A DNA stretch of 64,000 nt from an uncultured delta proteobacterium (GCA_963801935.1 CAWDHA010000009.1:4609-68608); one strand, 5' to 3'; shown: positions 40,933 through 51,753, numbered from the stretch's first letter. Program-made: numbers and translations. The notes: generated by a model from the letters alone, not told the origin.

Positions 40933-41745
40933 CTATCCTTTCCCCAGTTCTTTAGATCGCTCAGTGGCTTTGACCACCGCATCCATCACGGTGCCGCGAA
41001 AGCCCTTCTGCTCCAGGGCATAGATTCCGGCGATGGTCGTGCCGCCCGGCGAGGCGACTTCGTCTTTTAACTCACCCGGATGTTTGGAGCTTTCGAGCGC
41101 CATGCGCGCCGCGCCGTAGACGGTTTGGAGCGCCAGCTTGAGCGCGACGTCGCGCGCCAGACCCGCCTGAACGCCGCCGTCGGCGAGCGCCTCGATAAAA
41201 AGAAAGACATAAGCCGGCCCGCTGCCGCTGAGTCCGGTCACCGCGTCCAAAGATTTTTCCTCAACCGGCACGGCGACTCCGAAACTGTTGAGAATCGCGC
41301 CGACGTGCTCGAGGTCCGCCGGCGTCGCGTGCAACCCTCCAGCGTAGGCGGCGGCGCCGGCGCCGACAACGCACGGCAGATTGGGCATGACACGCACGAC
41401 CCGCGCTGCCGGGGCGAGATTTACTTCGATCCTGGAGATCGGCACACCGGCCGCCACCGAGACCAGCAATTTTTCCGAGCCCAGTTTTCCACCGATCTCG
41501 CGCGCGACGCCGTCGACAATCTGCGGTTTCACCGCGACAATCACGATGTCGGCAAAGTCGCAAAGGGCGCCATTATCCGGCGTCGTCGCAATCCCGAATT
41601 CAGCGTTGAGAGCTCGCGTCAGCGACTCGCTCACGTCGCTGGCCATGACCTGCTCTTTGGTGACGAGCCCGCCGCACAGGACGCCGCGAGCGATGGCGGC
41701 GCCGATCTTGCCCGCGCCGATGACGCCGATTTTCGCATTTAACAT
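40933..41745 (-). CDS. proC: Pyrroline-5-carboxylate reductase
   Basis: ATG 41745 gives MLNAKIGVIGAGKIGAAIARG (Rossmann GxGxxG). The C-terminal P5CR dimerisation pattern is ...ASPGGTTIAG. Confidence 0.9.
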   Translation of the reverse strand: MLNAKIGVIGAGKIGAAIARGVLCGGLVTKEQVMASDVSESLTRALNAEFGIATTPDNGALCDFADIVIVAVKPQIVDGVAREIGGKLGSEKLLVSVAAGVPISRIEVNLAPAARVVRVMPNLPCVVGAGAAAYAGGLHATPADLEHVGAILNSFGVAVPVEEKSLDAVTGLSGSGPAYVFLFIEALADGGVQAGLARDVALKLALQTVYGAARMALESSKHPGELKDEVASPGGTTIAGIYALEQKGFRGTVMDAVVKATERSKELGKG

Positions 41746-41886
41746 GGTCGCATCCCTACAGCTCTCTGGCGCAGCGTTTTGCGCAAGTTGCGAGCCTAGA
41801 TTCTTCACACAAGAAAAAAAGCACGACGAGCCTTGGCGTTGTTAGCGGCAAAATTCTTTTCTGCTCCGTTTGGCTCCAGCGCGGTA

Positions 41887-44800
41887 TCAGAAACGCCTGC
41901 CGATGGACTCGAGAGCCTTGGCAGCATCGGCTTCGTCGGGACTTAAAACCAGCACCTGGCGGTATTTAATTTCCGCGTCGCCGATCCTGCCAAGTTGCAC
42001 ATAGGCGTGCCCCAACGCAAGGCGCCAATCATTTCTGCGCCGCCTCATGCGCAGGGCATGTTCATACGCCCCGGCGGCCTGCTCCCAGTTTGCCAAACGC
42101 GAATAAACCTCCCCGAGCTCGGCAAACAGGGTCGCTGACTCTTCGAGTTTCCCTTGCGAGCTTTCGAGCAGCCGCTTGGCTTGTTCGAGCATTTTCTTTG
42201 CCTGCTCGGCGTTTTTTTCTTCCTTGGCTTGCGCCACGATCAGCCGTCCCCAGGCAAGCAACACCGCCGGGTGCTCCGGCTGCAACTCGCGCGCCTCGGC
42301 AAACCATTTTTCCGCCTCCTTGAGATCGTTGCCATGCAACGCGATATTGCCGAGCCCCAGGAACGGCAGTACCTCCCGGCTCCCCATGCTGATGATCTTG
42401 CCGTAAACCTGCTTGGCATCAGGGAGGTACAATTCGTCCGCCAAACCGAGCGCCTGGAATGCGAGGTCGGGGTTCAGCTCCAGAGCTTTAAAAATCGCTT
42501 GGGCACCCTCCGAGCTCTTGTCCTGCTCGAGTAATACCTTGGCTTGCAGGATATAGAATTTGGCATTCTTAGGGTCGAGACGGATGGCCTGCTCCAATTC
42601 TTTCAAGGCGCGGCTGTGCGCGACGCTGGCCGAGTAGGACTCGGCCAGATAGTAGTGATGCATGTCTGGGGAAATCTCGGCAGGCCTGTTCTTGAGCCAG
42701 GGAGCGCCATCGTTTAAGTACGGCGCCATTAAACGCTGGTTCAATGCGGTTGTCGGTCGCCGTAAATTCTTCGGCGCCGAGAATTCCAGCTCGGCGCCGT
42801 CGTCAGTGTTGATGCTGGCGTTTTTAGAAAACTCCAACAGCGCAGTGTGGCCCATGCGATAAAACCCCTGCACGGCGTAGACGTCCGACAGGCCAAGATA
42901 TTCGAGGTCCGAGCGCAGCATCGGGTTCTGGTCGTAGATCGCCTTGACTGCGGCGTAATTGAAGCTCTGGGGCTGCTTACTGCCGATCAAAAGAAAGTCG
43001 CTTTCCTTCATGCTCCAGAGCGACACATGGGGAAAGGCCTCGGCAAAGGTGCGGAACACCATGCGGAAGTCGTCCGGCGACATCGAGTAATTATGAAACC
43101 ACTGGGCAAAAACGCCGTCGTCTTTAATCTTCGATTTGATGACCTGGTAAAATTCCCGCGTGTACAGATTGGCGATGCCGGCGATCCACGGGTTCGACGG
43201 TTCGGCGGTGATAACGTCATAAAACTTCGGCGTCGCGAGAATATAATTGCGCCCATCGGTGGGGATCGCGCGCACGCGCGGATCTTCGAGAACGCTCGAG
43301 TGGCGCGAGTGGCGCGCGTTGCGGAACAGTTTATCGACCCTGCCGCGATAGTCTCGGTCTTCCGAAAGCTTCATCAAGCGCGCCCGCTCTGCTTCTTCCA
43401 TGACGCCTTTGTAGTAGAGGCGTTTCTCACGATCGTCGTACCAGACCCGGCCCTGGGAGCCGTCCTGAGGAAACTTCACGCCGGCGGGCAGCACCGGCAT
43501 GGGCACCCATTGGCGGTCAAAAAACCTGCTCGCCTCGATCATCGCCGGCTCGATTTCGATGACTTCGATCTGCTTGAGCGATTTGAACGTCGCCAGCGCT
43601 TTGGCGGACATGCCGCTGCCGAGCCCGATGGTCAGCGCTTGTTCGGCTTTGGGGTGGAGCATCATCGGAATGTAGCTGGTCATGAGCTGGCTCAGCGCAT
43701 CGCCGTAAGAACCGTCGATCTTGCCGTTGGACTTGAAGTAGATGTATTCGCTGCCGGTGATCCGGTGCACGCTCACCGTCGACGTCAAACCTTCCTTGTA
43801 AAAAAGCACATCATCGCGCTTCATTTCCTCGATACGCAGCGAATCGCTGGGCAGGCTCTCGTAGCGGTCATTGTAGATCGTCACGCCGCTGGTCAGGATG
43901 TGCGGGTCCCAGCGCGGCATGCGCAGCGGCACGGCGACGGCCAGCAGTAGAACAGCGGCGCCGAGCGCATAACGTGGCAGCGCCGCAAGCCGGGTATCGC
44001 TCAACACCAGCCAGCAGCCGATGGCGAGATTCATCACGACCGCGAAGATAATCGAATTTTGCACGCCGATGTTGGGAATCAGGATGAAGCCGCCGGCAAA
44101 GGCACCCAGCACGGCGCCCACGGTATTGGCGGAATAGGAAACGCCGACACCGCTGCCAACGCGGTAAAGGCTCTGCGTGAAAAGCCGCGCCACCAGCGGA
44201 AAGGTCATGCCGAGGAACACCGTGGGAATAAACATCACCAGCGCGGAGAGCAGCACCTGGAGGTAAAGAAAAACCGTGAAGGTGTCGCCGAAGCCGTGTA
44301 GCAGGCGCACAAAAATCAGCGGCAGGCGCTCGAACAACGGGATCGTCGCCAATGCGGCCAGGCCGACGCCGAGCTCGATCAAGCCGAAAGTGCTCAGGCG
44401 CGCTTCGCGCTCGCCCATAAAACGCGCGTAAATAAATCCGCCCAGGGCCAAGCCGATCAGAAAGGTCACCAGCATGGTCGTGAACGAATAGATCGAGCTG
44501 CCGATCACCAGGGTCAAAGCGCGCGTCCAAGCGTTTTCATAGACCAGCGAAGCAAATCCGGACAGCGCGAAAGATGTCAGCACTACCCAACGAAGCGACG
44601 CATGCGACGCCGCGCGAGCCGGCGCCGCCGCCTCCTCGGCCGCCGCCTCGCTGGCAAGCTCAGCCGGTTCTTTATCGCGCAACCGGTCCACCAGCACGAT
44701 CAGCAGAGCGATAACCAGGTTCACAATGGCGGCCAGGTAAACCGTGGTGCGCATCCCCAAGGTCGGAATCAAGAGGAAGCCGGCCGCGCCGCAGCCGATC

Positions 44801-45333
44801 ACCGCGCCCAGAGTGTTGATGGCGTAGAGATCGCCGACGCGCCGGCCGAACTGAGCAAAACTGCGCACGTAAAACCGGCTCAGAACCGGCAAGGTCGCGC
44901 CCATCAGCAACGTCGGAAATACCAGCAAGACGAAGGACAGAGCGAAGAGCACCAGGTTAAACAAAAAAGGATGGGTTTGATTGAGGCCGAAGATCGGGCC
45001 ATAGAGTTTTTGCGCGAGCATGAAGAGCCAGGGCACGGCAAAGCCGTAGATGCCGACGCCGGCTTCGAGAATCCCGTAAAGCAGAAAATCGTTTTTGCCG
45101 CGATCCGCGATCTTGCCGAACAGATAGCTGCCGATCGCCAAACCCGCCATGAACGCCGATAAAACAGTGGCGATAGCGTAAGTCGTGTTGCCGAAAATCT
45201 GCGTCAACATCCGGGTCCAGACCACCTGATAAACCAGTCCGGCGACACCGGAAAAGAAAAAACAAAAAAGACCGACCCCAAGCAGCCAGTCTTGTTTAGC
45301 ACGCTGCGTTTGTCCAGGCATACAACTCTCCAT
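41887..45333 (-). CDS. Fused polytopic membrane / spermidine synthase-like / TPR protein
   Basis: 1148 aa. About 500 aa of TM helices, then a methyltransferase-fold spermidine-synthase-like domain (LTIGLGSGMSA...IEVIEIEP...DVITAEPSNPW), then C-terminal TPR repeats. Confidence 0.8.
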   Translation of the reverse strand: MESCMPGQTQRAKQDWLLGVGLFCFFFSGVAGLVYQVVWTRMLTQIFGNTTYAIATVLSAFMAGLAIGSYLFGKIADRGKNDFLLYGILEAGVGIYGFAVPWLFMLAQKLYGPIFGLNQTHPFLFNLVLFALSFVLLVFPTLLMGATLPVLSRFYVRSFAQFGRRVGDLYAINTLGAVIGCGAAGFLLIPTLGMRTTVYLAAIVNLVIALLIVLVDRLRDKEPAELASEAAAEEAAAPARAASHASLRWVVLTSFALSGFASLVYENAWTRALTLVIGSSIYSFTTMLVTFLIGLALGGFIYARFMGEREARLSTFGLIELGVGLAALATIPLFERLPLIFVRLLHGFGDTFTVFLYLQVLLSALVMFIPTVFLGMTFPLVARLFTQSLYRVGSGVGVSYSANTVGAVLGAFAGGFILIPNIGVQNSIIFAVVMNLAIGCWLVLSDTRLAALPRYALGAAVLLLAVAVPLRMPRWDPHILTSGVTIYNDRYESLPSDSLRIEEMKRDDVLFYKEGLTSTVSVHRITGSEYIYFKSNGKIDGSYGDALSQLMTSYIPMMLHPKAEQALTIGLGSGMSAKALATFKSLKQIEVIEIEPAMIEASRFFDRQWVPMPVLPAGVKFPQDGSQGRVWYDDREKRLYYKGVMEEAERARLMKLSEDRDYRGRVDKLFRNARHSRHSSVLEDPRVRAIPTDGRNYILATPKFYDVITAEPSNPWIAGIANLYTREFYQVIKSKIKDDGVFAQWFHNYSMSPDDFRMVFRTFAEAFPHVSLWSMKESDFLLIGSKQPQSFNYAAVKAIYDQNPMLRSDLEYLGLSDVYAVQGFYRMGHTALLEFSKNASINTDDGAELEFSAPKNLRRPTTALNQRLMAPYLNDGAPWLKNRPAEISPDMHHYYLAESYSASVAHSRALKELEQAIRLDPKNAKFYILQAKVLLEQDKSSEGAQAIFKALELNPDLAFQALGLADELYLPDAKQVYGKIISMGSREVLPFLGLGNIALHGNDLKEAEKWFAEARELQPEHPAVLLAWGRLIVAQAKEEKNAEQAKKMLEQAKRLLESSQGKLEESATLFAELGEVYSRLANWEQAAGAYEHALRMRRRRNDWRLALGHAYVQLGRIGDAEIKYRQVLVLSPDEADAAKALESIGRRF

Positions 45334-45654
45334 ACTCGGTTCGATGAATTCAAAAGAGATAACAAGACGTCATACAACTGTAAAGGCTTGTGCTTCATTG
45401 GACGAAGAAAACGCCGATTTCATGGCAAACCGGCGCGCTCTCATCAGTCAAGAAAAGCGCGCGCCACGAATTGCGCGGCCGCGTTGACTTTCGAAATTTT
45501 GTCGTATAATCATTTCTTCGATTCAGCCGCCCGCAGCGGACGGGTGACTCGGCAAAATCTTATCCGGTCGACTTACGAAAATTTGAGCCGCCCCAGCCGG
45601 GGTTGGTTGTCCGTCACATTCAAATAAACCACTAGCGCAAATTGGGAGGGTGTA

Positions 45655-47229
45655 ATGGCACAAACGGCAAAGCGCGACGGCGCCGCCCCTGAAGAAGTCA
45701 GGGACCTCAGAAACGCAATCGAGTGGATGAAAAAAGAAGGCGACATTCTGATCACCGATAAAGAAGTCGATCCCGACCTGGAAATCACCGGCATTCAGAA
45801 AAAACTCGATGGCGGCTGTCCGATACTCTTCAACAACGTCAAGGACAAACCCCAGCACCGTGCCATTACCAATCTGTTCGGCGACATGAACGTCATTAAC
45901 AAGATGTTCGGTTGGAAAGATCACGCTGATCGCACGCGCAAACTGGCCTACGCCATCACCCATCCGCTAGCGCCGACCGTCGTCGATCAGAAGGACGCGC
46001 CGGTCCAGGAAGAAGTCTTTGAAAAACCGGCCGAGGCCAATGATTATGTTATTCCGATCCGCCATACCGACGTCGAACCCGAACTGACGGTCGGTTCCGG
46101 CAACCGTTTGGTAGCCGGCGAGTATTTCAACGAGGGCACCGACCTCGGCTACAACCGCATGAACTTTCGCTGGGGCAATGTCGGCACTTTTCAGATCTCC
46201 CCGGGCTCGCACATGTGGCAGGTGGTGAGCAAGTACTATAAGGATAACAAGCTCGTCCCCATCACCATGAACTTCGGTCTGCCGCCGGCTGGTTCGCTGC
46301 TCGCCGGCGCCGGTTTCGATTACGTCATCTTGCCGCAGGGCTGCGATGAAGTTGGTATCGCGGGCGCGGTGCAGGGCGCGCCGATGCGCATGGTTAAGGC
46401 GCGCACGATCGACGCCTATGCTCTGGCCGATGCCGAAGTGGTGCTCGAAGGTTACGTCAACCCGCGGGACCGCCGATTTGAAACGGCGGAGTCCGAAAAA
46501 GCCGGCATCCAGGGCCGTTTTCACTTCCATCCGGAGTGGGCGGGCTATATGGGCAAAGCCTACAAGGCGCCCACGTTCCACGTCACGGCCGTCACCACCC
46601 GCCGGCGCGAATCCAAGCCGATCATCTTTCCGCTCGGCGTTCATACCCTTGACGATCACAACATCGATACCACCGTGCGCGAAGCCGCGATGTTCGAGCT
46701 CTGTGAGAGAATGCAGCCGGGCATCATCATGGATGTTAACATCCCCTACTGCATGACGGACTGGGGCGGCGCGATCATTCAGGTCAAAAAGCGCAACCGA
46801 ATCGAAGAAGGCTGGCAGCGCAATTTTATGGCGGCGATTCTCGCCACCTCCCAGGGATCGCGAATCGTTGTCGCCGTCAGCGAAGATGCCGATCCCTATG
46901 ACATGGACGACGTCATGTGGTGTCTGACCACCCGGGTGAATCCCAAAACCGATATCATCAACCCGCTGCCGGGCGGACGCGGTCAAACCTTTATGCCCGC
47001 AGAACGCATGACCGCCGGCGAGCGCGAGTGGACCGCATCCAATACGATGTTTGAAGGCGGCATGGGCATCGATGCTACCGTGCCCTTCGGTTACGAGAGC
47101 GACTTCATGCGCCCGGTCTATCCCGTGGACAGCGTTGATCTCAAGAAGTGGTTCACGGACAAAGATATTCAGAACGCGAAGTCTCGGATGCAGGGATGGG
47201 TGCATTCTTTGGCGCGCACCGGGAGATAA
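45655..47229 (+). CDS. UbiD-family (prenyl-FMN-dependent type) decarboxylase, paralogue 1
   Basis: 524 aa, intact, with GGGAGGG as RBS. The overall UbiD layout is shared with the ORFs at 55274 and 60879. Confidence 0.75.
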   Translation: MAQTAKRDGAAPEEVRDLRNAIEWMKKEGDILITDKEVDPDLEITGIQKKLDGGCPILFNNVKDKPQHRAITNLFGDMNVINKMFGWKDHADRTRKLAYAITHPLAPTVVDQKDAPVQEEVFEKPAEANDYVIPIRHTDVEPELTVGSGNRLVAGEYFNEGTDLGYNRMNFRWGNVGTFQISPGSHMWQVVSKYYKDNKLVPITMNFGLPPAGSLLAGAGFDYVILPQGCDEVGIAGAVQGAPMRMVKARTIDAYALADAEVVLEGYVNPRDRRFETAESEKAGIQGRFHFHPEWAGYMGKAYKAPTFHVTAVTTRRRESKPIIFPLGVHTLDDHNIDTTVREAAMFELCERMQPGIIMDVNIPYCMTDWGGAIIQVKKRNRIEEGWQRNFMAAILATSQGSRIVVAVSEDADPYDMDDVMWCLTTRVNPKTDIINPLPGGRGQTFMPAERMTAGEREWTASNTMFEGGMGIDATVPFGYESDFMRPVYPVDSVDLKKWFTDKDIQNAKSRMQGWVHSLARTGR

Positions 47230-47587
47230 CCGCTCAGCTGCCATTCTCGTGAGCGCGATGCTCGAGTCCAGCCGTTGGCGCGGTTTGCCGACGTTCGATC
47301 TGAGCGTTCCGGGCGCAAGGCAGGCGACCAAATGATGCGCGAGCCTGGCCCTCGCTCTGGCCTTGCTATCTATATATAGGGGAGCACGGACTCGCATATC
47401 TCTGTCACTAGTATTTTGCTATCGAGAAGATCTGACTACCGAGCCCTTCCCGAACTTTTCCAAGCGCGCCAAATCGACATAGATTTTCCGCCGCCGACGT
47501 TGACAACCCTTGGCCTCTTTGATACCACTGGGGCGCAGTTCAAATCCTTCCGCTTGCACAATCCTCATTAATAAAGAGGTCAATAGT

Positions 47588-48298
47588 ATGGAGAAACGTC
47601 TTAAAAAAACGCTGGCTCGTACTTCAAACTGGGGCGGCACCTGCGCGAAAATCGGGCTCACGACCGTTATGTTCATTCCGCCGGCTTTAACCCTGAAGTA
47701 TGTAGCCCCCGCGTCCACCCAGAAAGGTCTGGTTCAAGTAGCCGCGCGAGCCGAAGTACCCCAAGCCCAGAGCCCGGCGCAGGTCCAACCGAAACGACTG
47801 CTGAATATTTACTCCATCGTCAAATCCAACCGCCCGACGATCGCCGACAAAGAGGCCTGGAAACTTTCTACAGTGATTCTCAACGAGAGCGCCCACCGCG
47901 ATGTCGATCCGATGCTGGTGCTGGCTGTTATTAAGGTAGAGAGCGGCTTCCGCAACACCGCGCTCTCGCCGGTGGGAGCCCGCGGCATTATGCAAATTAT
48001 GCCCGATACAGGTAAGTATTTGAGTGACGAGCTCTTCCGGATCAACGGCTTCCAAACCCCGGATTTCAGGCCTGATCATCTGGATGACCCGGCGCTTAAC
48101 ATCAAGTTGGGCGTATATTATCTCGACGGCCTGAAGAGACAATTCCGCAATCTGAGTCTCGCATTGCTCGCCTACAATCTGGGACCCGGCGAAATCCAAA
48201 ACCGCCTGCAAAACAACATCGACTTTTCCGACGAGTACGCCTCTGTGGTGCTCACCGCTTATCGCGAATATAAGAAGTCTGAAGCGCTGGCGTTCTGA
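47588..48298 (+). CDS. Soluble lytic transglycosylase (SLT domain) protein
   Basis: ATG 47588 follows AAGAGG. SLT catalytic region IKVESGFRNTALSPVGARGIMQIMPDTG...AYNLGPG. Confidence 0.85.
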   Translation: MEKRLKKTLARTSNWGGTCAKIGLTTVMFIPPALTLKYVAPASTQKGLVQVAARAEVPQAQSPAQVQPKRLLNIYSIVKSNRPTIADKEAWKLSTVILNESAHRDVDPMLVLAVIKVESGFRNTALSPVGARGIMQIMPDTGKYLSDELFRINGFQTPDFRPDHLDDPALNIKLGVYYLDGLKRQFRNLSLALLAYNLGPGEIQNRLQNNIDFSDEYASVVLTAYREYKKSEALAF

Positions 48299-48707
48299 GC
48301 GATCGGCCGCCGCTTTGCGATGCGCCGTAACCGCAAGCGACCCTGCTCGCCGGTTGCGGCCAGCCCGGTTCGGTGGCGGGCTCGTTGCTGCGGCCGGTCT
48401 CGGCGCTGCCATTTTGATGATTTTCAGTCGCACCAGAACTGGCGACATTGGACTGATGGCCCAGCCCAAAAACGAAAGTGTCCTTGGCGAGATCGCCAGA
48501 CCTTAAAATCAAAGCATAAATGCGGCCGATCCGGGAACCGCGACAGGGCATCTATGAACTTATCGAATGAGGCACGTCAGCCGCACGGTTTAGAATGGAC
48601 TCGTGGCAGCTGGTGCGCTTAACGACGGTTCGCAGCCCAACGTTAATACCGTGGCAATCAGCGCATGGCCATGTTAATTGGAACAGCCAAGACTGGAAAA
48701 CCCTCCG

Positions 48708-49182
48708 ATGAGCCCGCTAAAGGCATTATCCTTGTCCGCCAAGACGCTCGAGGACATTTCGCAGCACGCGCAAGAGAGCTATCCCGATGAGTGCTGCGGC
48801 GTCATTTTCTCCGACGGCATCGTCGATTATGCGCAACGGCTGAGCAACATTCAAAACAAGCTGCACGCCCTTGACCCGGTCACTTATCCACGCACGGCAG
48901 TGATCGCTTATGCCATGGATCCGAGAGAGCTCGAGCAAGCGATCGGTGTGGCCGAGAACGCCGGCGCTAAACTCAAATCATTTTATCACTCCCATCCCAA
49001 TCACGACGCTTACTTCTCAGACGAGGACAAGGCTTTCGCCAGCCCCTTCGGCGAGCCTAGCTTTCCCGGCGCTGCAGCAAATCGTCGTGTCGATTTACGA
49101 CGGCGCCATCAGACGGATTTGCGCCTACGAGTGGTCCGACCGGGCCGGTGATTTCGTCGAGATCATAGTTAAGAAAGTCTAG
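48708..49182 (+). CDS. JAMM/MPN+ metalloprotease-family protein, frame broken (+1) near 49072-49078
   Basis: ECCG...YHSHPNHDAYFSDEDK (E...HxHx7Sx2D JAMM motif). The C-terminal strand pattern QIVVSIYDGAIRRICAYEW...FVEIIV is found in the +1 frame, ending at 49182. Confidence 0.75.
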
Positions 49183-49185
49183 CGC

Positions 49186-50062
49186 GTGTCTTCGCCACAA
49201 CACAGAACCAGCGATGCTGGAGGCCTGCCCATTCATTATTTGCAATGGGGCGAGCCCTCTGGAGAACCGATCGTGCTCGTGCACGGTTTTCTAGATCTGG
49301 CGCACAGCTGGCAAGCTTTCGTCGATCGCTTCGAGAAAACCCAAGAACAGCAGCCCTGGATCGTCGCGCCCGATTGTCGCGGGCACGGCGATAGCGGCTG
49401 GGTGGGCGCCGGCGGCTATTACCACTTTCCGGATTACGTTTTCGATCTCGATTGCGTGCTTCAGACGCTTGGTGCGGCGCGCTGCACGCTTATCGGCCAC
49501 TCCATGGGCGGCACTATCTCTTGGCTTTATGCCGGCGCGTTTCCCGAGCGCGTCAGCAAGCTCGTGCTCATCGAAGGCGTCGGCCCGCCGGGCATGGAGG
49601 TTTCCGACGCGCCACTGCGCATGATGACGTGGATCTCGGAAGTCAGGCAGCGCGGGCGCAATCACTTTCGCCAGTACACAAGCGTCGAAGCCGGCGCGCG
49701 CCAGTTGCAACAGACCAATCCCAGGTTAACCGAAGCCGCCGCTTTAGACCTGGCGCGCGCCGGCATGAAACAGGATCGGTCGGGAAAGTGGCTGTGGAAG
49801 TTCGATCCGCTGCATCGCACTGCGGCGCCGCAGCCTTTCTACACCGCCCAGGCTCTGGAATTTCTGCGCCGGCTGCGGTGTCCGGTTCTGATCGTCGACG
49901 GCGCACAAAGCCAGCAACGCCAGCGCGCCGACAAACAGCAACGCTACGACGCGATCGCGCACCGCGAACAGGTCATTGTCGAATGACGCCGGCCATATGG
50001 TCCACCAGGATAATCCTGAAATGCTGGCCCAGGCGATCGCGGCATTTTTTGCCAAGCGCTGA
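49186..50062 (+). CDS. Alpha/beta hydrolase, frame broken (+1) at an in-frame TGA (49984-49986)
   Basis: HGF oxyanion region and nucleophile elbow GHSMGG. The ORF stops at ...EQVIVE*. The catalytic-His segment DAGHMVHQDNPEMLAQAIAAFFAKR follows in the +1 frame, ending at 50062. Confidence 0.8.
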
Positions 50063-50295
50063 GGTTGACTGAGCGGCCAAAATTGAGCGATAGTGATTTT
50101 GAATCTTTGACGCGAATCGATAGCAGCGAAGCATTTCTAGATTTAGAATAGGATGGCCGTTCGGCTGAGGGTTTTTTCTTGGAGCGCGGCAAGTCAAACC
50201 GCAACAGACCGGCGCGGGTCAAACCCGGCGCCAAAAAAGACGCCCCTGACAACGCTGGCGCGCGACCGGAGACGTCAACCTGCACGGGCCGGCGC

Positions 50296-50625
50296 ATGAC
50301 AACGCCGAATGTCGAGTTGGTGGTCAAACATTTCGAGCAGCGCCGCAAGATGAGCGAGCAAAAGCGCTTGTACTTGCGGGTCGGCGATGAAGTTTCGCAC
50401 TTGCGCTACGAGGAATGGGGTATCGGCGTCGTCATCGAGATTATGACTTCCTCGGTGCCCGGCGGTACTTGTTTAGCGCGCATCCGCTTTGACGATGGCC
50501 AGATGCGCTGTTTCAACAACGACCTTGATAACGACGCCTGCTGTTATTTTTTTGGCGTGCGGCGCTGCTGGGATCCTTCCCAGTCAAAAAATGCCATCCG
50601 CGCGAGCTTTCAGATGAAAGGATAA
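50296..50625 (+). CDS. Hypothetical protein
   Basis: ATG 50296 (MTTPNVELVVKHFEQ...). A small SH3/Tudor-like pattern VGDEVSHLRYEEWGIGVVIEI. No confident family. Confidence 0.4.
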   Translation: MTTPNVELVVKHFEQRRKMSEQKRLYLRVGDEVSHLRYEEWGIGVVIEIMTSSVPGGTCLARIRFDDGQMRCFNNDLDNDACCYFFGVRRCWDPSQSKNAIRASFQMKG

Positions 50626-50630
50626 GGGCC

Positions 50631-50957
50631 ATGAAAAACTCGAATCGCGTTGCTATTCTCACCTTCGCCGCGCTGCTTCCGAACCTGGTTCGAGCCGAAT
50701 CTTGGGGCGCCGAAGAGCCGATTGAAAAGGCCGGGGTAGCGGTGGCTTTGACTGCCGGCAATCTGTTGTTCATCCCTCTGAAGGCAATTTCAGTTTCAAT
50801 GGGCGCTCTCACCGGCGCGCTCTCGTTGGTTCTAACCGGCGGCAACGACGAAGTGACACGGCAAGTCTGGAGCGACACTCTGCGAGGACCTTACGTCATT
50901 ACGCCTCAGTTAGCGAACAAGGCGATCGGCGAGCGGCCCGAACTGGAGCCCGAATAA
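50631..50957 (+). CDS. Hypothetical secreted/membrane protein
   Basis: Signal-like N-terminus MKNSNRVAILTFAALLPNLVRAES followed by a hydrophobic Gly/Ala-rich segment. Confidence 0.45.
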   Translation: MKNSNRVAILTFAALLPNLVRAESWGAEEPIEKAGVAVALTAGNLLFIPLKAISVSMGALTGALSLVLTGGNDEVTRQVWSDTLRGPYVITPQLANKAIGERPELEPE

Positions 50958-51018
50958 AAAGCGGCATGGCGCGCCTGTTCGGCGCGGCAACATGCCGCTC
51001 TTGATCCCACGTGCAGTA

Positions 51019-51753
51019 CTACGACAAGTTCTTTTTGAAGAAATTCACCGTCCGTCCCCAGGCATCTTTCGCCGCCTCAGGGTTGTAACGATCACCATTG
51101 GTGTTGTTATTGAACGCGTGCTTGGCCCCCGGATAAACTTTTACATCGAAACTTTTGCCGGCCTTGCTCATGGCGGCTTTCAGCGGCTCGACCCCCGGCA
51201 TGATGTTTGGATCATCTTCAGCGTAGTTACCCATCACCGCGCAAGGAATGTTGGACACTGAATCCAACGGGTCCGGATTACGGCCATAGTAGACGACCGC
51301 GGCATTGAGGTCCTTGGACTTGGTCGCGAAGTTTAACGACTGGCCGCCGCCCCAGCAGTAACCGACTACGCCAAACTTGCCGTTGACGTAGTTTTGTTTC
51401 TTCATGTATGCCACGGCTGCGTTCAAATCTTCCACCACCATTGCGCCGTTCACTTTCTTGATCTCTTCAGTCGCGGCATCGCTGCCGTTAAACTTGTCGC
51501 TGCCGCCGACCCTGCCCATCAAGTCCACCGCGACGGCGGCGAAACCTTCTTTGGCGAAATGGCGCGCGACGTCTTTGATGTGTCCGACAAGCCCTCTATT
51601 TTCGTGAATCACCAGCACCGTGCCGAGGCTCTTGCCGTCCTTCGGCCGGGAAACATATGCATTGACATCTCCGCCGGGACCGGGAAACTTGACCATCTCC
51701 GAGGTCAGGCCCGAATCATTAGGTTCGACGATATTTTCTACAGTCTGAGCCAT
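51019..51753 (-). CDS. Dienelactone hydrolase family protein
   Basis: Alpha/beta fold with the Cys-nucleophile elbow VVGYCWGG and the C-terminal ..YPGAKHAF.. pattern. Confidence 0.85.
   Translation of the reverse strand: MAQTVENIVEPNDSGLTSEMVKFPGPGGDVNAYVSRPKDGKSLGTVLVIHENRGLVGHIKDVARHFAKEGFAAVAVDLMGRVGGSDKFNGSDAATEEIKKVNGAMVVEDLNAAVAYMKKQNYVNGKFGVVGYCWGGGQSLNFATKSKDLNAAVVYYGRNPDPLDSVSNIPCAVMGNYAEDDPNIMPGVEPLKAAMSKAGKSFDVKVYPGAKHAFNNNTNGDRYNPEAAKDAWGRTVNFFKKNLS

Noticed and set aside
42847-43950. 367-aa plus-strand ORF, and similar long ORFs antisense to clpB (for example 8658-9413 and 9014-9604)
   Set aside because: These are antisense to strongly supported genes (the speE-like fusion and clpB). 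Composition is typical of GC-rich shadow frames.
45967-47397. 476-aa minus-strand ORF
   Set aside because: It is antisense to the intact UbiD paralogue 1. It is Arg/Gly/Ala/His-rich low-information sequence with no motif, a shadow ORF.
47545-47575. tRNA-like T-loop strings (GCGCAGTTCAAATCCTTCCGC here; GGGCTCGAATCCGC at 25871)
   Set aside because: The flanking bases do not form a T-stem, and no acceptor or anticodon arms can be drawn. I see no tRNA in the window.
21646-49986. TGA reassignment (stop read as an amino acid) as an explanation for the in-frame TGAs in kdpC and the hydrolase
   Set aside because: Reading through in the zero frame gives sequence unrelated to the families (for example ...IVE-x-RRPYGPPG*). 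Homology resumes only in the +1 frame. Many other genes end normally at TGA.
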